From: Selaginella moellendorffii
Lineage: Eukaryota; Plantae; Lycopodiophyta
Length of the DNA stretch: 64,000 nucleotides
Direction of reading: 5' to 3'
Assembly (NCBI RefSeq): GCF_000143415.4
Contig: NW_003314398.1
Location: forward strand, 288,133 to 352,132
The first letter of the stretch is position 1. Every line of letters begins with the position of its first letter. The notes beneath the pieces were generated by a model, which did not search any database, was not told the DNA's origin, and saw only the letters and a list, made by a program, of their open reading frames with translations. A program made the position numbers and the translations under genes. Positions 12,093-24,731 of the stretch are shown piece after piece.

Positions 12093-13889
12093 TCATGCTA
12101 CTAGTCAACAACCACCTCTTGGGCTGCAATTTTCAAAAATGGTAATTCCCATTGCATGAACATCATATACCTCTACAATGTGCTAGAGCATTTTGCTAAG
12201 AAGCACTGGTTAGCATACCAAAAGTTTACACAATCAGAAATGATGTTGAGAAGGCAATAAGCTCTATTTCGTTAAAGTGGGACTTATTCAGTAAAATGGG
12301 ACTAAGTACAAATTTTCAAGTATTTGAAAATGACGTGAAATTATATGTTTTTTGTCCAGGGGCTAGACATATCTGGGGCATGGTGACTAGCGCGGTGACT
12401 TTGTGTCCAGACTGAGTCCATTTGGTTGTATAATAAATCTCATTGTCTAGGTGAACAAGCCGAATCTGAAGCTAAAGAAGAGCGATGGCATGTGCGCACA
12501 CACTATTTGTTTGTTCATTGAGCGTGTGGTGAGCTTTCCAAGATGAACGTCATTCCTATTAGCCAGACATATAACTTAATGGTGAGAACATTTAGATATT
12601 ATTCAATGTTATCTTTTTCTAACGAATCTAATTGTGAAGGTGTAGCAAAAGGCATTGCTAGTCTGGAGAAGTCATTTAACTCATTTGACCCTTAGTGTAT
12701 TTTCATGAAACTAAATAACATTCATATTATTAAGGAATTTCTCTAGTACCTTTTTTTTACGACATAGAGGCTTGCATTTCTTTCAAAGGTGATTTAGTAA
12801 AAGGCCTGAGGGCACATGCCATTCTATTTCTCAGACCGGTATTAAGATATACTAGTGCAAAGGGAAAAAGGTATTTGGTGATCAAGTAAATGGCATGAGG
12901 GCACACGCCATTATAAGCCTAAGCGCTAGTGGACACCTCCTTTTTGGTACTCTCAGCAGTACTATCATCCTTCTCCGGGTCAGTTGTTTTGCTTTGGATT
13001 GTTATCTCTGACGTTACTGGGGCGTTCTCGATAGTTGTTAATGTTGCCGTTTGTTCAGAAAAATGATCACCTGGAGTATAGTACGGGGAGTTTGAAAGAC
13101 TTATATATTCTACATCTTCACCTATCTCCTTCTCCATCTCCTTTTCTGCCTCACTTACAGATTTTGTGCTTGCCATGAGAACGCTCTTCACCCTAAAATA
13201 TGGAATTCGTTGTGTTATGAAAGGAAACCAACACACACGCTGCAAGGGAATGATGGTACATAAAGCACGTAAGCCCACAATATGGGTTTATGTGCCATTA
13301 ATATGGGCCACATGCCATATTATTAGATTTATGCACGTGTGATTGGTAAATGCATATGTCACATCATCTTTGTTTTACCTCACACACTATATCAGGCCTA
13401 ATGAACCATATCACATGTGCACACATACTATATATATGGAGAAGTATTATGCAAGGATAGAAAAATTCAATGCATGATTGTGGAGAGCAATGGCATGAAG
13501 CCACATGCTAAATAACATTTTAGAGAAAGAATTAAAATAGAAACATGCAAACAGTACTGAGTGGACCAAGACTTAGAAGTGCACAATTGAATGAGGTATT
13601 TCTAATAAATATTTCACTCACCTCATATAGGAATGGCTACCACTCTCAAATGGCGTATCGCCTCATGCCATCACCTCGCAATTTGTTATAACAATCCGAT
13701 GAATTCATATTCGGCTTGTTCACCTTGAACTTTAAGTAAGATTTGCTAGAACAACTAAGAATTTATACTTGTTATTTGTATCATCTCACCTAGGAATGGC
13801 GTAAGGCCACATGCCATCACGCCTCCTCTGATTCAGATTTGGATTGTTCACCTTGAAATAAAATACATTAGAAACTTAGTAAAGGAATA

Positions 13890-16800
13890 TTAATGAATCT
13901 CACCTTGAACCCGGGTTATGAATGCTCTTGCTGCATCTCTTGCATGGTCTGGCAAGGTGATGGTGGCACTCTGCTTCCGCATCCAACCATGCACAACATT
14001 ATCCACCGATATGCTCATGCTGGGATCCCTTGGATTCAGCACCCATCTCTTTTCTAGGCAATCCTTCGTATATCCGGAACTTGGCTTGAACCACTCCACA
14101 GTTACATTGAAGGAGTTAGTTTCCGCGTCCTCCTCTGCATCAGTGATGCAGCGCCCCACCCATATCATTTGTTTTTTATTATTGGGTCTGACAAGCACGA
14201 CCATTCCTTTGCAAACCTGTACTGGATTGAATGCTGAATCCGGCTTCTTGTTCCTTGGCCCACAATAGTGATCCTCAACATCGTTATCTGTCACTGCATT
14301 TCCAGAGGACATTGTTCCGCTACTATCTGGTGCTCTGGGTTCTGGCCAAAAGGACTCTTCCAATTCTTCATATACAACCGGCCCATTTTGGATAGCAGAT
14401 ATAATCTTCTCCCAGTATTCGAGCAAAGGCTTGCACCTCTGAAAATAGGATTCTCCACCAAACACCAACCCCCTCTTCCAGAAGGCAATATGCTATCTAA
14501 TCCCGGCCACTATACTTTCCTGGTCTTTGAGTCCATCCGGGTGCATCGGCCGTGGGGAACCCTGAGGAATCATAGGTTCCCCAGTTATGGGATCTCTCTT
14601 GAAGAGTTCAATGCCGTCCACTGGCAGCCACACTGTGTCCCATTCTCTCATCTTGTACCTCATCACTGGAGCACCGTCACGCATGCTGAAATGAAACTAA
14701 AGAAGCTTGGAGTGGCCAATCAGCGTTTCGGATCCATCCCTGATGTAGCCTCTTACAAACTCTTAAAGTCTGGAACCTCTGTCAGAAGTGCAGCTTCAAC
14801 AGTGCCTTTGATGCAATTTTGGAATTCATCGTAGAGTTGTGGGAGGGTGAGGACATTGGATCGCTGGAGGGACTCTGCCAGGTGACTGAACATGGCATCG
14901 ACGTCTTCATGAGTGTGCCCAACCATGAGAAAGCCAAGTGTAACCGTTTCAAATATGCCTTTGGTAATAAGCATCGCCAAGTACGCGAAGATGTACATGT
15001 TTTTGTTCTCACTGCCAGCATTGTCTGTTTGGAGCAGAAGATGGGGTGGAAGGCCACATCGGCCGCAAGAACTTCCTTGAGATTCTGCTTCGTTTGGATG
15101 AGGCTGTGCATTCACCGGGCGACCAGCCTCGTCGGAATGGCATGAGGCCTCACGTGATAACCCTACAATCTTACGGCCAACATATTCACTGGGATGGCAT
15201 GGGGCCCCATGCGATACTGCAAGCCTTTGCTCCTCCTCCAGCTAAACCCTGTATGGGGTTTGATCGACAAAGGCCTTATGCAAGGGTTGGCCGTTCAGCT
15301 CAGTCTGCGCACTTTGCAGAGACCTTAAGTGTTTTGCTAGGGACGCAATCATCATGTTTGCACCCCCGCCACCCCATAGAGGTACAAAGAAGTTCCCATA
15401 GTTCTGGGCACCATGCCCATGAGCGATTATGCCAAACAGAGACACAGGTAGCTGCATGGATGAAGAGATTGCCTTGGGGGCAGGATTGAGTCGAGGTAAG
15501 CACGTCTTTTTCTGGTCCATTTTGTCGTGGATGATGCAGAGGTAAGAGTCAGGTCTCTCCATGGAGAGAATCCTGTTATGATAATATGCAGTCCTGCAGC
15601 TTCTCTACTCGATGTTGTGGTCGAGCCGCCTTCTAACCAACGTCTCTCGCTCTTGAGCGCTGCAAGAATTCTTCGACAAAGCCATTTTGATAGCAGTGCA
15701 CTCGTCACACTTTGAAAAGCTGGAGTACTTTCCTATACTCACATCCCTGAACCTGTTGCTCTACAATCTACTAAATCTAGATTGGCTCAGCTTCCTGTAG
15801 CCATTACTCTGGAGTTCCCGATTCACATCTTCCAATATGGCCCCCTTGGTATACATGGAAGGGAGAACTCGTTGGGTATCTCGTGTTCCATCTTCCAAGA
15901 GGCGGGTTTTATGTGGTTGTTGCTCGCTACATGTCTCGACAAACCTTTTGAAGATTGCCTCTCCATATACAACATGACCCCTGGTTTTGTGCGTACCGTC
16001 GTTCCCATGGACTGCCTGTTGAACCCTTTGTTCCTCGAACTCAGTTTTGATTCTGTAGAATGTGGTTCGAGGGACTCCATAAATGATTCTCCATGCCTTC
16101 ATGCAGACCAAACCCCTCTGGAAGACCATGCCCCCCACCTGATGTTTTGAAGCATCAACAGATGACCGTAATGCCTCATACACAAAATTGCGAGCTGCCT
16201 TCCAGGACAATGTCTTGTATCTTGCTCTCTCCTCTTCAATAGCATCCCAATCAGCATGTTGACAGCACCTCCTTTTGCAACAAGCAACTGTTGAGACCAT
16301 TCGAACCTCCATCACCATTTTCTGCCTTTTCGGTTCGTTGCTCAGATCCCTTTGGCTGCGCTTTAGGAAGGTGTACTTTCTTTTCCCATGAAGAGATGTT
16401 CTGTCATCAGTTGTAGTGGTGTTAGATTGTGAATCCTTCACATTCTCAAACACTAAGTGCCTCAATTTCCACCGCACAATGCTTCCAATAGTCAGACTGT
16501 TTTCTTCTGTGTCAACAACCTCTAAAATCGCAACTCCAATATCATCCCAGCCCAATTTTTGATTAGCAACCGCATCTCTTGGATCGACAACTGTGGCTAA
16601 GCCCTCAGCTACCACCTCCCCCTCGGGGTTGTTTAGAAACACCTTTGCCTGAATCCATGTAGCACGGTTCTTAAGATCCACGGAGGGAACATGCGTCGCA
16701 CTTGCGTTGTCCCCAACATCTGCTTTCTTCTAAAGATTTTTCAAGGCAACAACAACATTTACCCCGACGACCATCTCTCCTCGTTCAATAGCGACCACAT

Positions 16801-16957
16801 TCCCATCGAAGATAGTCTCTACTGATACAGCAGCATTGCCTTCCCCAAGCCTTTGACAGTGTATAACAAAGTTCCGATCCATAGACACAAGGGTCCCTTT
16901 TGCAACTCTCTTCCCACCATTCAAAATGTAAACCTTTTCCCCAACCCTGAAGGCCAT
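13890..16957 (-). pseudogene. Sola-like (DUF7869-type) DDD transposase, about 1,000 codons, with two N-terminal Tnp1/En-Spm-like repeats
   Basis: ORF pieces join in one frame through TAG stops at 16730, 15761, 15605, 15242 and 14493, with two frameshifts near 14755 and 14700. Motifs: FSKCDEC, HDKMDQKKT, QTDNAGSENKN, FLMVGHTHEDVDAMFS. Confidence 0.85.
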
Positions 16958-17319
16958 TCTGAAAGTGCAGAAAAGAAGTTAAGACCATACAAAAAATGAT
17001 TGGAGAATGGCCTAAATCATAACATACCAAACAACCTCAATAGCATGAAGCCACATGCTATTATTCAAACATGCTATTGACACCCACGTGAAATTTCGCA
17101 TTCACAAAATTGGCATGAGGCCTCATGCCATCTTGATATACACACAGCTGCAGGCAAGTAAAAACATACATGACAATATGCTAGCCATGAAATTGCAAGG
17201 GCCCAAGATGGCATGTGGCCTCATGCCATTTCTAAATGTGGTCCTAAGCCATTCCATGGTGAACATACCAGGAAGCACAAGTGCCGAATATCAAGAGGAA
17301 GCGGTAGCCACACCAAAGA

Positions 17320-17455
17320 CAGTGCCGCTCGCAACACAGCAACTACTCGTAGCGCCGCTCGCAACACCGCAACTGCTCGTAGCGCCACTCGCACAAACTG
17401 CCACTCGCATAAACTGCCACTCGCAATGGCGCTCGCAATGCCGCAACCGCTCGTA
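17320..17455. repeat. CpG-rich short tandem repeats (30-bp and 15-bp units, core CCRCTCGCA) upstream of the transposase
   Basis: gcgccgctcgcaacacMgcaactRctcgta occurs twice, followed by gccactcgcaYaaact twice. Confidence 0.75.
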
Positions 17456-18251
17456 GACACATAAACCACAGCTCACAACGCCACTTACACAAGCAGCGCT
17501 CACTGCGCTCAGCGGAACCAAGAACACGGCGCACAAAAATGATAGACCTAGGAATGAGTTCGAGAATTCAAAAATAACACACGCTTGAACGTCACATCAA
17601 ATCCTCTGACAAACCAGATATTATGATTCCTCTGACAAATTTCAAACTGAGTAGCTTCTAGACTTTGCTGTCGGAGGTTGAACTTTGTCACATCATGTCC
17701 TTGCCTCGATCCAGCTGTGCCATGTTAGTGATTCGAACTTTGCCATGCCATGTCAGCGATCCGCGCCAAGATTATTCGCCGTATAAAGGAATAATTATGC
17801 TGTGTGTGTACGTCCATTTATGGCAATATAAGGCCACACGCCATTCAAAGAATAATGTTAGTCGAGCATTTTTTGGTGCATTTTTGGGTTCAAAATTGCA
17901 TGAGCCCACACGCTATAAAGTTTACTGTACCAAAAATAGAAACAACTTTATTTACTTGGGAATTTAAGTGGTTGAGGCATTTTTAAACTTACAAACACAT
18001 GCCCTACTTACATTCCTTTGGTTGCTTAAAATTCAAAAATATTATAAACCTTTCTTTTTGCATTTTCAATGTTTTCAATTATGGTTTTTGATTTTTGCAG
18101 GACCAACCTAGTAATCTATTTGCATCCCGTCATGTTTATAGCTAGCTTTCGTTTGTCCCCTTCGCTAGCCTGAGATACATCTGCTCGGCATCTGCCTCTT
18201 ACAGCATTTGCCCAGAAAGGGCATCTTTCTTCACGCAGCATTTGCCACATG

Positions 18252-18277
18252 TTTAGGGTTTAGGGTTTAGGGTTTAG
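18252..18277 (+). promoter_or_regulatory. Interstitial plant telomere repeat / telo-box (TTTAGGG)3 in the divergent intergenic region
   Basis: Sequence tttagggtttagggtttagggtttag. A regulatory role is inferred only from known telo-boxes. Confidence 0.6.
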
Positions 18278-19310
18278 CAATTCAGTAGCTTGATAAACAT
18301 GCAAATACAGAACTTGATGCAAAATCCTCTGATATGTCACAATGCCCCTAGGACCATAAACACATTTCAATAGAGAGGGTCCTTTCATTTCATAACTCCT
18401 TACGTAGATCTTGGTGAAACCAGAGTTAGTGAAGTTGGTTTCTTGTGATCCCGCATCTGATTGTGATGTCCCTTTGCAGTGTCGATGGAAAGGTCAATGC
18501 ACACCAAATTGTAGAATCTTGGAGCAAAATAACGGTCGGATCTATGGCAAATGCCCCTGAAACATTGTAAGGCTCATGTGGTCTCATGTGGTGTCCGATC
18601 GAGATGCTTCTTTGCAGGGTCATCAAGAAGGACATTGTATACCATTCTTTATTTAGCTGAACATCTGGCATTTTTGGAAATACAAGATGCTTTGGAATAT
18701 CCAATCATGCATGGTATAAATATAGCGAGGGTATTAAATGATATCCCAATCATGATCTTTCTTTTGGATTTCGCGTGCATGCAGTCCGAGGAATGATGAC
18801 GTTGCGGATTTCTTTTGGATTTCACGTGCATGCATGCGCGTGGCGATCCAGAAATTAATGGTGGCGCCCAAGTCCGAGGAATGATGACGTGGCGGGATTA
18901 CCAACCGTTGTGACATTTCGCGCGTGTGAGGTTAGGTTTTGCATTTTGCATCGTACTCGCGCTCGCATCACGCTCCCACTCGCGATCACACTCACATTCA
19001 CGCTCATCTACCTTCTCTACAGGTTTCTCGTGTGCATCGGCGTCCACTCGCGCTTGCATCACACTCGCGTTCACATCGCGCTCGTGTGCATCAGTGTCCA
19101 CTTCAAGACACACCCAGTTTGTAACTTCGCCGCCAACTCCGCCGCCCACTCCGCCACCCACACGCAGCCCACTTGGCGTCCCAGGAAATTTCAGCGCCAC
19201 TCTCCAACTGTAAGTGGCAGAGTAGCCTTGCTGCTACGATCCGCTGCACACACAGTGCACATTCGCCAGCGAGTCCGGCCTCGATTGTCACGGCCTCCAT
19301 TCGGCTTTAA

Positions 19311-22300
19311 ATGGTAAGTCTTTTAGGCCAAGTAGAAAATGGCATGAGGCCACATGCCATTCAGTAGCAACATTGGCATGCACCAATTGGGCTCTCGAGT
19401 GCAGTCCGGTTACAGATGGCGTGTAGCCTCACGCCATCTTAGGATGCAGCCTCAAGACATCTGATGCAGTGGTGAATGGCGTGTGGCCTCACGTTATTTC
19501 CAGCTGCTAGCTTTTCATCTGTCAGCTCTAATTGTTGTGCATTTCTAAACAGGCGAGGAATTGCGTTCTTCTTCCAGCCACTGTCAATGTGGATGCAGAG
19601 AAGGGGGAGGAGCTCACCAGTTGGACTTTCGGGATGGAAGGCGAGGATCTGAGGCTATACAACACAGATGGTGGGAGAAAAGAATGCATGGGGATCCTCA
19701 TCCAAGTGACAGACACTCCATGCAGTTCCATGCAAGAATATGGACTGGCACTTGTGGTAGAGACAGTGTCCGCCTTCAAGATCCACCTTGCACATCCTAG
19801 CGGCTTCCCGGAGGGGGGCAGCGGTTATGAGGAATTCCTAGAGGGAGCTAGGGAGAGGTTGTCCAGGAGGCCCACAATTTCAAAGACGCTGCGGGTCTAT
19901 GAAGATCACATGGAATCCACGGACCTCACCTACGGCGATGTTCAAAAACTATATTCTAACATTGAGCCGTTGAGAGTGCCTCCAGTTCGCGAAGCAAAGG
20001 GGAAGGGGGTCGATCTGGAAACTACCCCGAAGCAGAAAAGGGTGGTCAAGCTCAAGCCGATGTCCGACTCTCTTGCTCCAAAAAAGAAGCTACTCGGTGA
20101 TGCCATTGCCTCGGATTCGAACACTACACCCACCAAAAAGAAGAGCCACAAAGAGCAAAAAGAGCAAGAAGAGGCAGCAAAAATCGTCGCAGATAATAGT
20201 ACTTGTTACTATTCCAACAAAGTATATACAATCGACGTGAGTTGTATCGACATCCAAAGCAAATACAACCACAGGCTAGTATCTGATGAGTGGGTGGAGA
20301 AACTGAAGCAGAAGATGTTGGCAAGTCCAGTAACACCCGACATCGCAGACGTGATCCCCTACTATCGAACAATGAAGGGCGAGACGAGGTTTCCAGACTT
20401 GATCAATAGGAAGGTGTTGGACGATCAGAACATCCGGTTCTATGCCGTCTCTAGGCAGCATTCTAGCTTGGCGATGCAAGAGATAGTTGTGGATATTATG
20501 GTGGGCGAGGAGGTGAAGAAAGTCTTCAAGACAAGAGTTGTCCGCTTGATAAAAGGCAACTCGCCCCTCCGATCTATCATATCCATCTCCCACGCGCAGA
20601 ATGTCAAGCAAGAAACGTGCTACAAATCGGGTCTGCACGAGACATTGGCACGAACACGAAAGCTCTGGGTTCAACTGAAGAAGCCACAAAAACCAGGACA
20701 AGGACGTGCACTAGCAACTAGCGCCTGGCAGGTAAGCCTCGTTGCATGTGGCATAGCATGTGGCCTCACGCCATTTCCATTGTAGGAATTCTCGAGTCTT
20801 CTCTCGAAAACACTGGGGGTCAATGACACACTCAGCATCCATAACATTCTACTCGCAACAAAAGTTGTTTTTGACAAATGGGTAGATGTGCTGAGGAGGT
20901 ACCATAACGGGGAGTTGCTAAACTCAATGGGTGTGGAGGACGGCCGGAAGCCCAATGATTTGAAGCTCAACGCCTTGCATTTCTCGCGGTTTCTAGACGA
21001 CGACGACCTTCTGACAGTGGCTAATGCTCTTCTATGTGGTGAGGTAGTCTTCAACAAGACCAAAATGACTCCCGGCCATATTGTGACATACGAGGACTTG
21101 TGCACGACTCTGAGAGCTCATGCGTTATTGAAGGATTGGATCTTCGAGCAAGTGGCCGTGGAGAGGGTGAGCATCGACACCACGCAAGAGATGATGGAAG
21201 AGCTGGAGTTGTCAAATGAAGACATCGGCGAGTACGTGAAGGGGGCCCCCAAGTTCATCGATCTGCTGCGGGATGCCACGAAAAGTAAAGCTGAGAAGTT
21301 GGATCAGTATCCAAATTTCATTAAGAGGGATGTCGACCGCCGGCTTCAGAAACAGCTCAACCCCGCAGCAGAGGCCTATCGAGAACCTTACCGGGTATAT
21401 GTGAATTCGGATGAGGATCAAAGGTGGAGGAGCATCGTTTCCCGCGGAGATGAGCAGGTCAAGAACATCTTTTGTGTGATGGACTTCACAAACGAGGAGA
21501 TCACTCATGCAGACGAAGTCAGCTCCATCATTGACTTAATGGTGGGACTTGCGGAGGTGGAATCTTCAGTCCACTATATGATCTACGACTCCGAATCCTA
21601 TCACAAGTTCTGGAAGGCCTTGAACGAGGTGAAGGCTCGGTTGAAAAGCAAGGAGATGCAGGAGATCCATGGGATAATGGCTAAGAAGAAGATACCGACG
21701 AATGTCCGCATCTTCACACTCGCCCTTGTTATTGGTCCTGCAGTAGAGTGGGATTGGAGTGACTTCCCAGCTTCATTCGACAAGGCCGATCGAATTGATC
21801 TGAGGGAGGTCAATTTACCCGTGCCTGAGGAACTGAAGACGGCTATGGAGCTTTTGAATCCAGAGAAAGCTCCAGGTGCAGCATGGGAAATGCTCAACTG
21901 GGTCTTCAACGCAATAGCGGGTGGGTCACCTGCTTCCAAGGGCAAATGCGTTGTCGAGTACAACTGCGGTGGACTATTCTTTCGAGCCGCACTACTCAAG
22001 GGTGTCCCGTGTGTTGCGGTGACAAACTCCATTGAAGAGGTGACTTCAATGGAGCATATAATTATAGTTGCCAAAGAAAAACAGTATCTTCTCTGCGAAC
22101 TTGGTGAGTACGCACTTTAAGTTTAAATGTTATCTCACAAGCTCTGTATGCAGGAGCGTGGCCACCCCCAGATGCTGAAATGGCGTTAACAGCTACTGTT
22201 GAAGATACCCATGTTGGGCCGAGCTCACAACCTGCACAAGGTAAGGTCACGTGAGGCCTCATGCATTTTGATTATAGATCGTTGTGAATATTCAGACACG

Positions 22301-24731
22301 AGGACTGAAAAGCGCACTGGTGGCGCGTCAAAGAAGGACAAACAGACAAGCAATAGGAAAAAAGGAGGTACAAATTATATTTGCAATAGCGTGTGGTCTC
22401 ATGCCATTCCTTGCAGGAGACACTTCTTCAAAGGCAAAACAGGCAAGCACCAGCCAAGCTCAAACTGACAGTGGTCATAAAAAGTGAAAGCACGTTGGAC
22501 AGTCGTCGGGATCAGAGGCGTTTGATTCGAAAAGGAAGAAGGGCAACGAAAAGATGATAGGTAATGCCTCGCGGTCACCACCTCCTGACTCAGATTCCTA
22601 TGGCGGACTCCCCTTCCCCAATCTCAATGGAGAGGTACAATGGATGAGGGATGCTTTTCAAGTCAGGGCCACGTTTTTCTCATCTCGTCGTCTTCGAAGG
22701 GTGCAAGAACGTGCAGAAACCATGTTAAGACAGTCGGGTGAGGATACGGTCCTAGGTCACGCACTAAAACAGGCTATGGATGTCTTGTATTTTGAGATGG
22801 AGACTCGGCCAGATGATTTTCCCAAGATGGTCCTGGAAGAACAAGCCATCCAACCTGAGCAGCCTATGGAAGAAATGCAGGAGGGGGATGAGGAGCCAGA
22901 GAAAGATAATGAGCAGGAAGAGTAGAAGGACGAAGAGGAGGACAAAGAAGAGGAGGACGAAGAAGAGGAGGACGAAAAGGACTTGGATGGTCCTCACAAT
23001 GGTGACGATCACAATAACGATGACAACGATGATGACGATGATGGCCAGCCTGAGGTGGCCAAAAAGCAGCGGAGGAAGGTCATACAAGACAAACCATCAA
23101 GTAAATAATAGTACATCCATTCTTAACCTTTCTAACATTGTCCATATAGGTTGCAAAGCAAATGGTAAGTAGAGATTATTCAGTTGAATTAAGATACAAA
23201 CTCTAGCCTTTAGTGTCGAGGAAGGATAGTGCCAAGCAAGGGTCGAAACATATGTCCAATCCTTCAGAATCAGCAATGCGCCCAAGTGATATCGGTCCTA
23301 GTTCCTCAATAGCAGTTGATGGTAAATACAGTATAGTCGATTCAATGTGCTAATGAGTTTGTTTTTAGTAGCCAGTAGGGAGGATACCATCTCAATCGAA
23401 GGGAGATATTTGGACATGCATATAGATTCGGCAGTGGACTCTACTTGCTTGCAAGAGTCATCAGAGCTGGTGGAGGCTACTATCCATATCAACGCCAAGC
23501 AAGCTGACCACGCTCCACTTGATGCTGCCCATACCACTGAGTCAATTTTGTCCACGTATCCAACTGACGGTGACCAGGCGCCATTGGACCCGCATGAGGC
23601 CGCCCCAGCCGCCGAGCCGGTCGTATCCTCATTTCCAACAGACTCAATGTGTGCCCAATCGTCTGACTACACGCTGTTGGAACCTCCCTACACCGCCCCT
23701 GCTGCCTGTTCAGTCATGTCTACTTTGCCAACGAAGGCACCAGCTTAAATGGCGTGTGATCACACGCCATCGGAACCACCCCATGCCACTGTTGAGCCAG
23801 TTGTACCAGAGTCTACAGCTGAAATGGCATGTGCCCACACGCCATCGGATGCGATTGACCCCACATTGCAGAGGAGAGTATTTCCGCCCTTCACGTTTCC
23901 TCGACCAAAACCCTCTCAACAACCATCGGGAGCACCATTTGCTAATATTGTAGATGGTAAAATTGACTTGTACCATTTTTTATGCTGACGCATTTCATTT
24001 CAGAGTCACGGCGAAGGTACTGTATCGTTTTTGATCTGAACGGTGTCCTTTTCTCCCATGAGCGTGGCTCGTCCTCGAATGTCACTACACCCTCCAAAGC
24101 CTACGGTCGCAAGTTGGTCAAAAGAGACAGATTCACATTAATCACACGGGAGAAACTGCGGGATCTAATAATGACCATGCGACACTTAAAACAGAGGGCC
24201 GGGTTCAATTTGCAATTGGGAGTTTGGACATCCATGATGCGCCACAATGCATTAACGTTGCTACAGATGATGCACAATCAGACGCGAGTAATATTACCAT
24301 TTGACTTTCTCCTAACGCAGGAGGATTGCTTGACTATGGTCCATGTGAGGGGTAGCAAGCCCATCTTCGTCAAGGCAGAGGCTGTAGTGATGAACCGGAC
24401 TGCTAGGTCAAGTGAAATCCTCATCATCAATGACTCGCCGATTAAAACTGCAGCGAACACGCACACATATGCAGTGCACCCCATCTCTTGCAATATGGAA
24501 ACTAGGGAGAAGAAACCGTATGTTCTAGGGGACTTTGCAAAACGGCTTGGAGCGATGGTGATAGAGAACCGGCCAGTCCAGGAGGTGGCTGCAGAAATCA
24601 ACCAAATGGCAGATGGAACGGTATATCAGAAGCCATTTGATCGGACAGACACCAGTCATCATTTATGGCATGTATATTGTCTAGCCAAGCACTATCCACA
24701 TCTCCATAATCTGCTCAACCGGACATATTAG
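19311..24731 (+). pseudogene. Transposon accessory gene: ParB/Srx-like domain, degenerate amino-methyltransferase-like fold, acidic low-complexity linker, C-terminal FCP1/NIF HAD phosphatase
   Basis: Predicted GT-AG exons 19311-19313, 19553-20731, 20786-22103, 22154-22240, 22296-22367, 22417-23100, 23150-23164, 23214-23321, 23369-23956 and 24004-24731 keep one frame (4782 nt). In-frame stops at 22485, 22923 and 23746. Motifs: FYAVSRQHSSLA; NPEKAP...GKCVVEYNCGGLFFRAALLKG; CIVFDLNGVL...GVWTS...LIINDSPIK. Confidence 0.75.

Noticed and set aside
12919-13278. 119-aa acidic ORF as an independent gene
   Set aside because: Low complexity and no motif; at most a downstream exon of the transposase transcript.
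18252-18277. Chromosome end or healing site
   Set aside because: Only about 3.7 repeats, internal to a transposon with intact ends.
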